A stretch of 64,000 bases of DNA from Candidatus Woesebacteria bacterium. GTDB taxonomy: Bacteria; Patescibacteriota; Microgenomatia; UBA8517. The position numbers were made by a program, and so were the translations under genes. How positions within the stretch are numbered: position 1 is the first letter of the stretch; each line of letters starts with the position of its first letter. Location: the NCBI GenBank assembly GCA_016432365.1, contig CP066686.1, positions 410,906 to 474,905 of the forward strand, in the 5' to 3' direction. Below, piece by piece: positions 1-10,068 of the stretch. The notes beneath the pieces are model-generated. The model saw nothing but the letters and a program-made list of their open reading frames with translations, was not told the origin of the DNA and searched no databases.

Positions 1-1511
1 ACGATATTTGGAGCATCTTTTGGAATAGGTTTGAGTCCTAATTTTCCATCCTTATCATTTACCCAATATTCCAACAATCTGTCTATTCTGGTTATTTCGG
101 GTATCTCTTTACCTATAAGTGCTAGAATTTCCTTGCGTTTTTCCCAGGGAGTTTCCGGTTTTATAAACACCGCGAAATCAAAGTCTCCGTTATGAGCGGC
201 ATAGCCTTTTATTTTGGAGCCAAAAGCCAGGATAAATGGGTAAAAATATTTTGACAACTCGGGGCTGCCCTCAATTTTCCTCGCAATCTCGGTAATGAAA
301 AGCCCATCATTTCGGGCAAAATCCTCTAAATTTATAGGAAGCGGGTTTGATAAGTCGACAACTTCTATTCCAAGCTTTTGGGCAAACTCTGAAGGTAAAA
401 TTGATAATTTTTGCCAGACACTTACGCAGTTAATTATTTCTTCTTTTTCTTCGTTTGTTCCAAATTTCCAGATATCTTTAACGATTGCTGTTGATCTTTC
501 TGCAAAATCTTTGGCTCTGTTCCCCCCTGCTTTGACCAAAACCTCTCCGATTTTCCTCAGACTTCTAATTATAAGAATTTTATCCGTTACTTTTTCCAAT
601 TCAGACCAGGTGATTTTTTCTTGTGCGAAACCATCCGCGATCGAAAGAGCCGCTTGGTTTATGGCTTCATCTTTAAACAACCATTTTTGCCACTTTATTC
701 GTTTTTCGGAAACCTGTTTGACGTAAAGTGAATTTGGATCCAGCTTCACTTTAATTTTGTCTATGTCATCCTCAAGTTTTGAAAGGATCTCATTTAGACC
801 TTCCGGTTTAGACATTTCCGGTTCAGGTGTCATCGTTCCATCCAGAATGAAGGCCACAGCAGGTTTGTGTTGTGATAGTTTTTTGACCACCTCCATTGAT
901 TTGTCGCTGAAGAACTTGCTGTCGTTGGCAACGACAATTCCTTCTGTTAAGGCCACCATAAGTTCTTCTCCCTCAGTCACTTCTAAAATATCAAGGACCT
1001 CCGTTTCGGATACCAATCCGCGGCTTAGAAATTCGGGTAAAAGGTGGGCCGCCTTTCTGGTTCTGGCGGGTTGGCCAAGCCCCGGTTCCAGGTCATCACC
1101 GTCGTTAAAACTGGCCCGCATTTCGCTTTGAAACAGTAGTCGAACCCAGCCGTCGTGAAGCACTTTGGCAAATTCCTGAGCCTGAACAGCTTTGGTTTTG
1201 TTTAAATCGGGCATAATTTGAAAGGGGAGATATAGTATAAGTCTGATATTATTGGGATCGGCTGAAATAAAGTCAGCTAAGCCCTTGTATAGCTGATTAG
1301 CCTCGGATTCCGGGATTTTTCCGTTTTGGACGGCAAGGTCGAGGTCTTCATCGCCCATTTTTTTAAATACACCTCTTAACCTGTTAGCAAGGTCTTTCCG
1401 GATTTCCATTTCATTTATTGGCAGATCGAGGAGGTCGATTGAAATTGGGGGTAAAACATTGGGGAATATAGAGTCTCTCTCTATTTTTTTGTCAGGGTGA
1501 ATTTTTTCCAT
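1..1511 (-). CDS. Large protein (partial, runs off window start) with a Pol-beta-type nucleotidyltransferase motif
   Basis: Manual translation from ATG at 1511 (MEKIHPDKKIERD...) appears open to position 1. It contains ILAFGSKIKGYAAHNGDFDFAVF (hGS-x-DhD NTase motif) at ~165-235 and is preceded by a TTGACT-17-TAGAAT promoter. Not in the ORF track because it is truncated. Confidence 0.7.
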   Translation of the reverse strand, partial: MEKIHPDKKIERDSIFPNVLPPISIDLLDLPINEMEIRKDLANRLRGVFKKMGDEDLDLAVQNGKIPESEANQLYKGLADFISADPNNIRLILYLPFQIMPDLNKTKAVQAQEFAKVLHDGWVRLLFQSEMRASFNDGDDLEPGLGQPARTRKAAHLLPEFLSRGLVSETEVLDILEVTEGEELMVALTEGIVVANDSKFFSDKSMEVVKKLSQHKPAVAFILDGTMTPEPEMSKPEGLNEILSKLEDDIDKIKVKLDPNSLYVKQVSEKRIKWQKWLFKDEAINQAALSIADGFAQEKITWSELEKVTDKILIIRSLRKIGEVLVKAGGNRAKDFAERSTAIVKDIWKFGTNEEKEEIINCVSVWQKLSILPSEFAQKLGIEVVDLSNPLPINLEDFARNDGLFITEIARKIEGSPELSKYFYPFILAFGSKIKGYAAHNGDFDFAVFIKPETPWEKRKEILALIGKEIPEITRIDRLLEYWVNDKDGKLGLKPIPKDAPNI

Positions 1512-1519
1512 GGCCAGGG

Positions 1520-1557
1520 ATTCTAGCACAAATGAGGCCAAAAGTCAAGGCTATGGG
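1520..1557 (-). promoter_or_regulatory. sigma70 promoter (CCCATAG-cc-TTGACT-N17-TAGAAT), 8 nt before ATG
   Basis: Near-consensus -35/-10 with 17-nt spacer; essentially leaderless start. Confidence 0.75.
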
Positions 1558-1570
1558 ATAATTTTTATCC

Positions 1571-1612
1571 AAAAAAAAGGCAGGTACCTAATAAAAAAAT
1601 TAGGCGCCTGCC
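1571..1612 (-). terminator. Intrinsic terminator
   Basis: GGCAGGCGCCTAAT...ATTAGGTACCTGCC stem followed by T8 on the minus strand, just after the 1637 stop. Confidence 0.8.
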
Positions 1613-1636
1613 AGTTTGACTTACAAAGAAATGAAC

Positions 1637-1996
1637 TTAAACGATCCGAGTTGGTGTAGGCCAATCCCTAAGTTCGATTGTGATCTCGGTCCCGGGACTG
1701 TATGCTTCGTACTGTTTGACCAGTTCTTCGATGATCTGGAGGTAGACATCATCATAGATGATAATCTTGTTCGAATCACCTTTTACAATTCCACCTATCA
1801 CCCGGCCGCCATTGTCACGCTCATGTCGTGATTCAACGATCTCAAACGTGTGGTCAAGGATACTCCGGTAGTCACGATAATATGGATTTACTCCGGCGAA
1901 CATCACCCTGATTTCAATTTGGTAGGTTTTGATCCGTTTTTCCAGGAAACTCACCAATGAAACTCCAGGCAAAGTTTTGTTGTTTACAACTTTCAT
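1637..1996 (-). CDS. Hypothetical protein (119 aa)
   Basis: ORF with AAGGAG SD, followed by a terminator. Confidence 0.7.
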   Translation of the reverse strand: MKVVNNKTLPGVSLVSFLEKRIKTYQIEIRVMFAGVNPYYRDYRSILDHTFEIVESRHERDNGGRVIGGIVKGDSNKIIIYDDVYLQIIEELVKQYEAYSPGTEITIELRDWPTPTRIV

Positions 1997-2040
1997 CAGA
2001 ATTCTCCTTTTTTGAATAGCTGTATCGTTTCTCGACTTGT

Positions 2041-2250
2041 CTAGATCAAGGTGTGTATATGCACAACGGGGTCATTGGCCACAAATCGGATTTCGTCCAC
2101 CCGCGCACTACTTGCGTAACCTACTTTTTTGGGGAGGACGATATAATTTCCCTGTGTCGGGATGGCTGGAAGTTCAATTTCAAAAACTTCAGTCAACTTG
2201 CCGTTTGGGTCACCTTCTTGACGAGCGACAACTAAATGAACACGAATCAT
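2041..2250 (-). CDS. Small hypothetical protein (69 aa)
   Basis: ORF with AAAGGAG SD downstream of a strong promoter. Confidence 0.65.
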   Translation of the reverse strand: MIRVHLVVARQEGDPNGKLTEVFEIELPAIPTQGNYIVLPKKVGYASSARVDEIRFVANDPVVHIHTLI

Positions 2251-2300
2251 GATTTTGCTCCTTTCATAATTTTGATACCAACGTGCCAGCTAACGGGGGT

Positions 2301-2338
2301 ATTCTATCACTTTACTGCCCTTAAGTCAAGGCTATGGG
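2301..2338 (-). promoter_or_regulatory. sigma70 promoter (CCCATAG-cc-TTGACT-N17-TAGAAT)
   Basis: Same architecture as the promoter at 1520-1557; C-rich discriminator. Confidence 0.75.
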
Positions 2339-2396
2339 GTATGCTGCAACAGCAATATCTCTTCTTTTGTGCCTGAAAAAAGAGTACACTAAAGGT

Positions 2397-3329
2397 ATGG
2401 CAGAGGTACCATCAGGTGTTTTAGCTGAGAGGGACGGGCAAGGGCAGGAAATATATGTGCAAAGCATGGAAAAAAGCGTTGAGGCCAAGGCTAAGGAAAT
2501 TTTTCCATGGGTTAAACCCGGAGTTATAGTTGATGCCGGGGCCGGGGCTGGACCTTTAACCGATCTCCTTTCCAAAAGTTTTCCTGGTAGCACAATTGTT
2601 GCTCTTGATATGTCTTCTGACATGATAGACAGGCTAAACCGCAGATTTGAGGGTAGAAAAAATGTTGAAGTTGTTCATGGCGATATTGACAGTTTTCGTT
2701 ATCGTGAGCCGGTCAGCACTTTTATTAATGTTTCTGTTTTCCATGAAGATTTTTCTTTCAATGGTTACAGTCACGAAAAAATTATTAAAACTCTTATTCG
2801 TCAGAAACAAGCATTGGAAAAAGGTGGTGTTGATATTATCCGTGACGGTGTTCAGCCCGAGCAGGAGGTTTTGTATCTAAGGCCATTAACAGAATTTGCA
2901 TGCGATAGGTTTATTAAGTTTGTAAAGGGTTTTAAACAGGTTCGTGATGTGAATTATATGATCGGAAATTTCCATTCCGACGTTTTTGTGCAAAACGGGA
3001 GAAGAAATTTTGTTGATGCCGATGTCGGTAAGTCCTTTATTGAAATTTCCTCTCAAAATGCCAGCGAAATGTTTAGCAAGTACTTTTATGCGGAAAAAAA
3101 CCTGCCTGTGGAGCTTTCCGAACAATTTGGAATTTGGACACTGCGTGAATACAAAAAAATTTTAACTGACCTAGGATTTACTGTTAAACATGCTGAAACT
3201 TTTCTTTTAGATTACCTCTTAAAAGAACATTATTCAAAAGATTTTGAAGTATTTCATCTAAAAAACGGGGTTTTGAGTAATGCTCCATATCCACCAAGTA
3301 CCATGCTTCTGGTTGGAGAAAAACAGTAA
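2397..3329 (+). CDS. Class I SAM-dependent methyltransferase
   Basis: IVDAGAGAG motif I, ALDMSSDM, VVHGDI. Start set at ATG 2397, after TACACT. Confidence 0.8.
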   Translation: MAEVPSGVLAERDGQGQEIYVQSMEKSVEAKAKEIFPWVKPGVIVDAGAGAGPLTDLLSKSFPGSTIVALDMSSDMIDRLNRRFEGRKNVEVVHGDIDSFRYREPVSTFINVSVFHEDFSFNGYSHEKIIKTLIRQKQALEKGGVDIIRDGVQPEQEVLYLRPLTEFACDRFIKFVKGFKQVRDVNYMIGNFHSDVFVQNGRRNFVDADVGKSFIEISSQNASEMFSKYFYAEKNLPVELSEQFGIWTLREYKKILTDLGFTVKHAETFLLDYLLKEHYSKDFEVFHLKNGVLSNAPYPPSTMLLVGEKQ

Positions 3330-3395
3330 GCTCTGAGCGATGCTCATTGCTGTTTTAGCATTGTAGATATTAATCTGCTAAAATTATACGATTAA

Positions 3396-6098
3396 ATGTT
3401 AAATATATTTTCCAAACTTCTCGACCTCAATGCACGCGAAGTCGACCGGCTTAAAAAAATTGTAGATAAAATAAATGGATTTGAAAATAAATATAAAAAG
3501 TTTAAAGACGCCGATTTTAAAAAAGAAACCGATCGATTTAAAAAACTAATAGCTAATGGCTATCAACTAGATACTGTTCTTCCCGAGGCATTTGCATTGG
3601 TTCGTGAGGCGGCATGGAGAGTTCTGGGGCAGCGGTCTTTTGATGTTCAGTTAATAGCAGGAATCGCGCTTTTTGAAGGAAGAGTTGCCGAACAGCGCAC
3701 AGGTGAGGGAAAAACTCTTTCTGCCGTGGCGCCGCTATATCTCCGGGCGTTGACCGGTCGAGGGGTCCACCTTGTAACAGTCAATGACTATTTAGCCAGG
3801 ATTGGGGCCGGATGGATGGGTCCCGTTTACAACTTTTTGGGATTATCTACTGGAGTAATAATTCAGGAAACAAAATCGTTTGTATACGATCCTAAATTTA
3901 GTGACACAAGTCACGGTGATGAAAGACTTTCGCATTTAAAACTTGTTGAAAGAAAAATCGCATACCAGAGTGATATTTTGTACGGTACAAATAACGAATT
4001 TGGTTTTGATTATTTGCGTGACAACATGGTTTCTTCTTTGCCTGAAATGGTTCAGCGTGGACATTATTTTGCAATTGTAGATGAGGTTGACTCAATTTTG
4101 ATCGACGAAGCCCGCACCCCACTAATTATTTCGGCGCCGGACACAGAACCCACAAAAAAATATTACGAATTCGCTTCGCTTGTAGAAAAACTAAACCCGG
4201 ACACAGATTTTAAGATTGATGAAAAAGCCAAAAGTGCAACCTTAACGGAGACAGGAATTACTCGAGTAGAAAAAATACTCGGAATTGACAATCTATATGA
4301 GAAAGATTTTGACTCAATTCATCATATAGAAAACGCTCTACGGGCCAAAACACTTTATCTTCGCGATAAAGATTATGTAGTCAAAGACAATCAAGTCACA
4401 ATCGTAGATGAATTTACCGGACGCCTTATGGTAGGCAGACGCTGGAGTGATGGACTTCACCAGGCGGTTGAGGCAAAAGAAAACGTGACGATTCAACAGG
4501 AAAGCAAAACCTTGGCAACAATTTCCTTCCAGAATTACTTCAGAATGTATGAACATTTAAGCGGAATGACAGGAACAGCATCAACTGAGGCCGAAGAATT
4601 TAGAAAGATATATAAACTTGAGGTAATTGCCATCCCGACACATGTGCCCATGATAAGGCACGATAAACCTGATCAGATTTATAAAACGCTTCGGGGGAAA
4701 TATGGCGCCTTGGTAGAGGAGATTGGCGAATGTTATAAGAAGGGTCAGCCGGTTTTGGTGGGAACGACTTCGATTGAAAAAAATGAAATTATTTCTGAAT
4801 ATCTTAAACGTAAAAAGATTCCTCACAATGTATTGAATGCTAAAAATCACGAAAAAGAGGCAGAGATAATCGCTGAGGCCGGAAAGTTGGGTGCTGTAAC
4901 TGTTGCTACAAATATGGCTGGGCGTGGTGTTGACATAATTCTTGGCGGCGCAACTCCCGAAAGAAAGCCCGGGCTAACCAGCGAAAAATTTTATAAATCG
5001 ACTGAGTTTAAAAAATGGCAGGAATCGCACGACAAAGTAATTAGTGCGGGAGGTTTGCATGTAATTGGAACAGAACGACATGAAGCGAGGCGTGTAGACA
5101 ATCAGTTGCGAGGCCGTGCTGGCCGGCAGGGGGATCCGGGATCGTCACGTTTTTATCTTTCTTTGGAAGACGACCTAATGCGTATATTTGGCGGAGAACA
5201 AATTAGCGGAATCATGGATAGGCTTAATCTTCCGGAAGATACTCCGATTGAAAATTCATTAATTGGCCGCGCCATTGAACAAGCCCAGGTAAAAGTTGAA
5301 GGATTCCATTTTGATATCCGCAAACGCCTTGTTGAATACGATGACGTTGCCAACCAGCAAAGGGAAATCGTCTACAAGTTGAGGAGACGCATACTTGATT
5401 CTTCCGATGTCAAAGAAGAAGTAGTAGAAAAGTTGAACCATCAGATAGAAAAAACCGTTCTTTCATCAACTGATCCGGACCAACTTGCAGTAGGACTTGC
5501 CGAAATGATTCCGTTTGATGATGCCTCGTTAAAAAACATCAAGTTACAAATTTCGAAAATCGACGGTGAAGAGGGGAGGAAAGAGTTTTTGATGCAAATT
5601 CTTACAGATATTTATGGAAAAAGAGAAAAAGATCTGGGGGAAAAAGTTATGCGTGAGGTAGAAAAATATGCCTATCTTGGAGCAATTGATCATCTTTGGA
5701 TGGACCACATTGACCACATTGATGATCTTAGAGAAGGAGTAACACTCAGAGCTTATGGGCAGCGTGATCCTTTAGTCGAATTTAAAAATGAAGCATTTAA
5801 TCTTTTTGAGAGATTAATCGATAGAGTGGATGAAGAGCTTGCCCACAGAATTTTCAGAATCGGTGTGGCCCAACCCCAGTCCGAAATTCCGCTTAATTTA
5901 GCGAGAGAAAATATTGATCGAGGTGACTCAACCGGCTTGTCTGGAAATGCAGACCAAACTTCTAAATCTGGTGCTCCTGCTTTCCAGCCACCAGTAAGCA
6001 GTAAACAGTCAACAGGGAAGATTAGCCGCAACGACCCTTGTTGGTGCGGCAGTGGCAAAAAGTGGAAAAAATGCCATTATCCTCAGGTGCCAAAGTGA
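3396..6098 (+). CDS. secA: Preprotein translocase ATPase SecA
   Basis: RTGEGKT, IVDEVDSILIDEARTPLIIS, ATNMAGRG, DNQLRGRAGRQGDPG; C-terminal SEC-C Zn motif RNDPCWCGSGKKWKKCH. Confidence 0.99.
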   Translation: MLNIFSKLLDLNAREVDRLKKIVDKINGFENKYKKFKDADFKKETDRFKKLIANGYQLDTVLPEAFALVREAAWRVLGQRSFDVQLIAGIALFEGRVAEQRTGEGKTLSAVAPLYLRALTGRGVHLVTVNDYLARIGAGWMGPVYNFLGLSTGVIIQETKSFVYDPKFSDTSHGDERLSHLKLVERKIAYQSDILYGTNNEFGFDYLRDNMVSSLPEMVQRGHYFAIVDEVDSILIDEARTPLIISAPDTEPTKKYYEFASLVEKLNPDTDFKIDEKAKSATLTETGITRVEKILGIDNLYEKDFDSIHHIENALRAKTLYLRDKDYVVKDNQVTIVDEFTGRLMVGRRWSDGLHQAVEAKENVTIQQESKTLATISFQNYFRMYEHLSGMTGTASTEAEEFRKIYKLEVIAIPTHVPMIRHDKPDQIYKTLRGKYGALVEEIGECYKKGQPVLVGTTSIEKNEIISEYLKRKKIPHNVLNAKNHEKEAEIIAEAGKLGAVTVATNMAGRGVDIILGGATPERKPGLTSEKFYKSTEFKKWQESHDKVISAGGLHVIGTERHEARRVDNQLRGRAGRQGDPGSSRFYLSLEDDLMRIFGGEQISGIMDRLNLPEDTPIENSLIGRAIEQAQVKVEGFHFDIRKRLVEYDDVANQQREIVYKLRRRILDSSDVKEEVVEKLNHQIEKTVLSSTDPDQLAVGLAEMIPFDDASLKNIKLQISKIDGEEGRKEFLMQILTDIYGKREKDLGEKVMREVEKYAYLGAIDHLWMDHIDHIDDLREGVTLRAYGQRDPLVEFKNEAFNLFERLIDRVDEELAHRIFRIGVAQPQSEIPLNLARENIDRGDSTGLSGNADQTSKSGAPAFQPPVSSKQSTGKISRNDPCWCGSGKKWKKCHYPQVPK

Positions 6099-6114
6099 AT
6101 CTGTATGTAAAAGC

Positions 6115-6558
6115 ATGGAATTTAAACGCGATGAATCGAATGGGTCAAAAATGTCTTGGGTCAGAGAATTGGTAGACCCGGATGGATCTTTACCAAAAAT
6201 TGAATTGGAAGACGACCCCCGTCAGAAAGAAAAACATATAAAAAACATATTGCTAGACGGGCAGAAAATTGGTGAACTATCGATAGGCGGAAGCGGCAAG
6301 TTTCGTCATTTTGAAAAAGTTTCCCTTTCGGAAACAGACCGGCCCAAGGGTTGCGGTCTGGCAACTTATCTTTTAGCGATTGAAGAAGCTCAAAAGGATG
6401 GGGCGGTATTCGAAACAACTTCTTGGTATTTGACCGAAGATTCAGTGAAAATTTGGAAAATACTGGCGGAAAAAGGAGTGGCGACGGTTGTTGATGAATT
6501 CGTACAAGTAACTGACGTTCCCCAATTTATGGGCAAATATCGAGTTTATACGAAATAG
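6115..6558 (+). CDS. Hypothetical protein, possible GNAT fold
   Basis: 147-aa ORF; RPKGCGLATY resembles the GNAT acetyl-CoA motif A. Confidence 0.55.
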   Translation: MEFKRDESNGSKMSWVRELVDPDGSLPKIELEDDPRQKEKHIKNILLDGQKIGELSIGGSGKFRHFEKVSLSETDRPKGCGLATYLLAIEEAQKDGAVFETTSWYLTEDSVKIWKILAEKGVATVVDEFVQVTDVPQFMGKYRVYTK

Positions 6559-6578
6559 CCTGATATAATTTTTGCTAA
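6465..6578 (+). repeat. 114-bp direct repeat, copy 1
   Basis: Matches 8506-8619 with 3 mismatches. Confidence 0.95.
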
Positions 6579-7151
6579 ATGACTGCCAGAACACATAACG
6601 CATTTGCTTTTGCTTCTCTTGTAACAGCGGCTGCTTATTTTCCTCCGACTCACTTAAATTTATCTACCCTGATTCTTGGCATTGTAGGAACGGATATTGG
6701 GGCATTGATTCCGGACATGGATACCGGTGGAAATTATTTGTGGGGGCTTTTGCCGCAAGGCCAGAAATTGGGCGGTTTTTTAAGACGAATATTTTACAAA
6801 CACAGAACGATTACACATTCGCTGTTGGGACTATTTTTGATTTTTAAATTTTTTGCCTGGCTACTTCCCAGGATCTTTAATTCAACTTTTATTGACCCGC
6901 AAATAATTCTTGTGAGCATCATGATTGGTTTTGTTTCGCACCTTATTGCCGACAGTTTTACAGAAGAGGGAATTCCGCTTCTTTACCCGATTCCTTTGAC
7001 ATTTGGAATTCCTCCGATCAAAAAAGTAAGAATTAAAACCGGCCACTGGTTTGAAAATTTTGTAATTTTCCCCGGCATCTGGATTTTCCTAATTTGGTTT
7101 GTAAACATTCATAAAGACATCTTTCTTCAAATTCTCCGGGGGTTAATTTGA
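6579..7151 (+). CDS. YdjM-like membrane-bound metal-dependent hydrolase
   Basis: MTARTH, LIPDMD, HRTITHSL, SHLIADSFT-GIPLLYP motifs; several TM segments. Confidence 0.85.
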   Translation: MTARTHNAFAFASLVTAAAYFPPTHLNLSTLILGIVGTDIGALIPDMDTGGNYLWGLLPQGQKLGGFLRRIFYKHRTITHSLLGLFLIFKFFAWLLPRIFNSTFIDPQIILVSIMIGFVSHLIADSFTEEGIPLLYPIPLTFGIPPIKKVRIKTGHWFENFVIFPGIWIFLIWFVNIHKDIFLQILRGLI

Positions 7152-7183
7152 TATACTTTCGGTATAGACTACAGAATATTGTT

Positions 7184-8464
7184 ATGGAATATGATAAATC
7201 TTCAGTAAAAAATTCTGAAGTGGACGCTCGTATCCAAGAAGGCGATATTGTTATTTTTCTTGAATCACAAGGAACAGTTGATGGCAAACCTTCAGCGGGT
7301 ACGACCTCTGCTCAGATTTCTTTAATCCATCAGCTACACAGGGATGGGGATAAGGTGATTCTGGCAGATGTCGGCGATAACAATCTAAACAATTTTATCG
7401 TTCCTGGTTCAAGTATTGGCTACGTAAGAACTTCGGAATTGGTACCATTCAGAACTGTGGCCGATGGTGCTTTTGTGCCGGGGGATGAAGAAATAGAAAA
7501 AGAAGAACCTGTGAGTATTAGGATAGGAAAAAAAGATGGTTCAGCTTATATGGTTGATGGTATTTGTAAAGGATACGATTGGCATATAGATGGCTACAGA
7601 GTATCTGTTAAAAACGAGGAAGGGTTAGAAGCTATGCTGCAAGTTGGCAAGGATAATGTCGAAATTAGAAAAGATTCCACAATAGAAGATTTTACAGAAT
7701 TTTGGCTTGAACATAGTAAAAAACGTCCGCCTTATCCTAGTACATATGATAATTCTCAGGTCATGCAGATAGTTAGCCGTGAACCGGAACTCATAAAGAA
7801 ATATTTGCCTATGATTAAAGAGGCTAAAGATGTTTATAAAATATTGGAAATTATCGACAAAAATCCAATGGTTGCACACAAATTATTTGATATTCTTACG
7901 GAAATACCGGAGTTAATAGATGTTTATGCTAAGTTTGCTCTACGTGTGCCTTACTTGTATCAAAATGCAGAAGAGGGTAGGGAATACCACTCGGAACCTA
8001 CCCGGATATCAACCTCCCCCGACCCAGAATTTATAAGAAATAAACTTAATAATATTAAAGAAATCGAACACAAGCTGGAAACATATTTAGAGGGAAGAGA
8101 ATATGCCATAATAGCTGAACCATTGGATGGTTTAGCATTTGTCAGTATTGTTCCGATAAAAGGTAGATCGGGTACAGACGGGGTTTCTATACTGATAGCA
8201 CCCGGGAAGGGAAATGATTTTGTGTCAGTAGCAATTCGAGTTTTTTCTAACGGCACCGTTGATTCGGGTCTAAAGTATAACGATTGGTATGATCTGGGTT
8301 ATATGTTTAAAGAGAACCCGGCAATCGATGAAGAGGAGTTTTTAAATGCTCTGGTTAATAATGTTCCAATGTCAGATGAAATGAATCTGGCTTTGGAAAA
8401 AAGTGGAAGGTCAAATGGTAAACATGGTAAATTCGAAAGACTTGTTCTGCGGAGCGAAGAATAA
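7184..8464 (+). CDS. Hypothetical protein (~426 aa)
   Basis: Long acidic ORF; no family recognised. Confidence 0.75.
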   Translation: MEYDKSSVKNSEVDARIQEGDIVIFLESQGTVDGKPSAGTTSAQISLIHQLHRDGDKVILADVGDNNLNNFIVPGSSIGYVRTSELVPFRTVADGAFVPGDEEIEKEEPVSIRIGKKDGSAYMVDGICKGYDWHIDGYRVSVKNEEGLEAMLQVGKDNVEIRKDSTIEDFTEFWLEHSKKRPPYPSTYDNSQVMQIVSREPELIKKYLPMIKEAKDVYKILEIIDKNPMVAHKLFDILTEIPELIDVYAKFALRVPYLYQNAEEGREYHSEPTRISTSPDPEFIRNKLNNIKEIEHKLETYLEGREYAIIAEPLDGLAFVSIVPIKGRSGTDGVSILIAPGKGNDFVSVAIRVFSNGTVDSGLKYNDWYDLGYMFKENPAIDEEEFLNALVNNVPMSDEMNLALEKSGRSNGKHGKFERLVLRSEE

Positions 8465-8473
8465 TTTTAAAAT

Positions 8474-8599
8474 ATGGAAATTGGTTTTCAAGCGGAACGG
8501 CGCGAGGCGGAAAAAGGAGTGGCGACGGTTGTTGATGAATTTGTACAAGTAACTGACGTTCCCCAATTTATGGGTAAATATCGAGTTTATACGAAATAG
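8474..8599 (+). pseudogene. Remnant: duplicated C-terminus of the 6115-6558 gene (41-aa ORF)
   Basis: MEIGFQAERRE-AEKGVATVVDEFVQVTDVPQFMGKYRVYTK*; the last 30 aa are identical to the upstream protein. Confidence 0.5.
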
Positions 8600-8619
8600 T
8601 CTGATATAATTTTTGCTAA
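8506..8619 (+). repeat. 114-bp direct repeat, copy 2
   Basis: Matches 6465-6578, including the TATAAT element before the next ATG. Confidence 0.95.
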
Positions 8620-9518
8620 TGGCAACCAGAATTGAAAATAAAAGTTTTGGCGGAGGAATATATCTATTGATATCTGCTCTAATTTACGGTTTGTATGGAG
8701 TTTATTCAAGATTTATAGGTGCGAGTTTTGGGTCGTTTTCCCAAAGTTGGGTAAGGTCTTTTATAGTTTTAATGATTGTGGTCGTTTTGTTGTTGGTTAA
8801 GAAATTTGAATGGAAGCGGATAGAGAGAAAAGATATAAAGTGGTTTTTGATTTGGATTATACCCACCTCTATTCAACCAGTCATAACATTCACTGCTTTC
8901 AATCATTTACCATTGGCTACAACTTATTTTTTGATTTATTCAACAATGATTTTTGGCGGCGTTTTGTCAGGTAAAATATTTTTCTCGGAAAAATTTAATT
9001 TTGCCAAAGGACTATCATTTTTGTTCATTTTCGTTGGTCTCGTGCTTATATACGGGTCCGATATCAGCTTGGCGACAAATATCTACGTTGTTTTGGCACT
9101 TATATCTGGCTTATTGGTTGGGTTTTGGAATACTCTTACAAAAAAAGTATCCACTCAATATTCGGAATTCCAGATGATGAGTCTCGACCAATTTGCGACA
9201 ATGATTGTTTGTGGGATCGGGGCATTTTTCTTTAGGGAGACTCTACCTCCTCCATCAAATATAAACGCCTGGTTTTGGATTATTGTTTTTGCAGTATCCG
9301 GAGTAGTTACTGTATTTTTCTTGATCAGGGGTTTCAAATATGTGGAAGCCCAAGTCGGTAGTCTTATTCTTCCCATGGAAATTGTTTTTGCTTCAATTTT
9401 TGGACTCTTAATTTTTGGAGAAGTTTTAAAACTCAATACGTATTTGGGAGGATTGTTCATTGTTTTTGCCGCCATCTTGCCGGCGATAGGAAATAAAATA
9501 TTGGGTGAGCGGAAGTGA
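8619..9518 (+). CDS. EamA/DMT family transporter
   Basis: About 10 TM helices in two repeats; FGEVL...LGGLFI C-terminal signature. Confidence 0.85.
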   Translation: MATRIENKSFGGGIYLLISALIYGLYGVYSRFIGASFGSFSQSWVRSFIVLMIVVVLLLVKKFEWKRIERKDIKWFLIWIIPTSIQPVITFTAFNHLPLATTYFLIYSTMIFGGVLSGKIFFSEKFNFAKGLSFLFIFVGLVLIYGSDISLATNIYVVLALISGLLVGFWNTLTKKVSTQYSEFQMMSLDQFATMIVCGIGAFFFRETLPPPSNINAWFWIIVFAVSGVVTVFFLIRGFKYVEAQVGSLILPMEIVFASIFGLLIFGEVLKLNTYLGGLFIVFAAILPAIGNKILGERK

Positions 9519-9557
9519 AAAAAAATTTGATATATTGTGAAAGATATTTTTAACAAA

Positions 9558-10067
9558 ATGGAAAACAAAAACAGTTTGTATGTAGGTATTTTTCTTGTAA
9601 TGCTTGCCCTTGCCGGGGGAATTTATATTTTTTCGACTAAAAATTTGAATAATAATCAACCCTTGGCAACTGCCACCCCATCCGTTACAATTGGGCCTTC
9701 GGCAGAGCCGATAGCGACAAGCTCAGCTAATCCAAAAATGGAAAACAAATTAATAATAGTAGACGAAGTAATAGGAGCAGGTGCAGAAGCAGTTAGTGGC
9801 AAAAAGATAACTGTGAATTATTCCGGGACTCTTACAGATGGAACAAAATTTGATAGTTCCTACGACCGCGGTGTTCCTTTTTCCTTCAATTTGGGTTCAG
9901 GTGAGGTCATTCAAGGTTGGGATCAGGGTTTTGCCGGTATGAAAGTCGGCGGAAAAAGAAAATTAACAATTCCTTCAGACTTAGCTTACGGCCCCAACGG
10001 CATTCCGGGAGCAATTCCCGGCGGCGCCACTTTGATTTTTGAAGTGGAGCTTTTGAAGGTTGAGTAA
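9558..10067 (+). CDS. FKBP-type peptidyl-prolyl isomerase, N-terminal membrane anchor
   Basis: VNYSGTLTDGTKFDSSYDRG, VIQGWDQG, LAYG, TLIFEVELL. Confidence 0.95.
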   Translation: MENKNSLYVGIFLVMLALAGGIYIFSTKNLNNNQPLATATPSVTIGPSAEPIATSSANPKMENKLIIVDEVIGAGAEAVSGKKITVNYSGTLTDGTKFDSSYDRGVPFSFNLGSGEVIQGWDQGFAGMKVGGKRKLTIPSDLAYGPNGIPGAIPGGATLIFEVELLKVE

Positions 10068-10068
10068 A

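Noticed and set aside
295-1131. Plus-strand ORFs of 143 and 124 aa
   Set aside because: Antisense to the long minus-strand NTase-motif gene; Ser-rich shadow composition.
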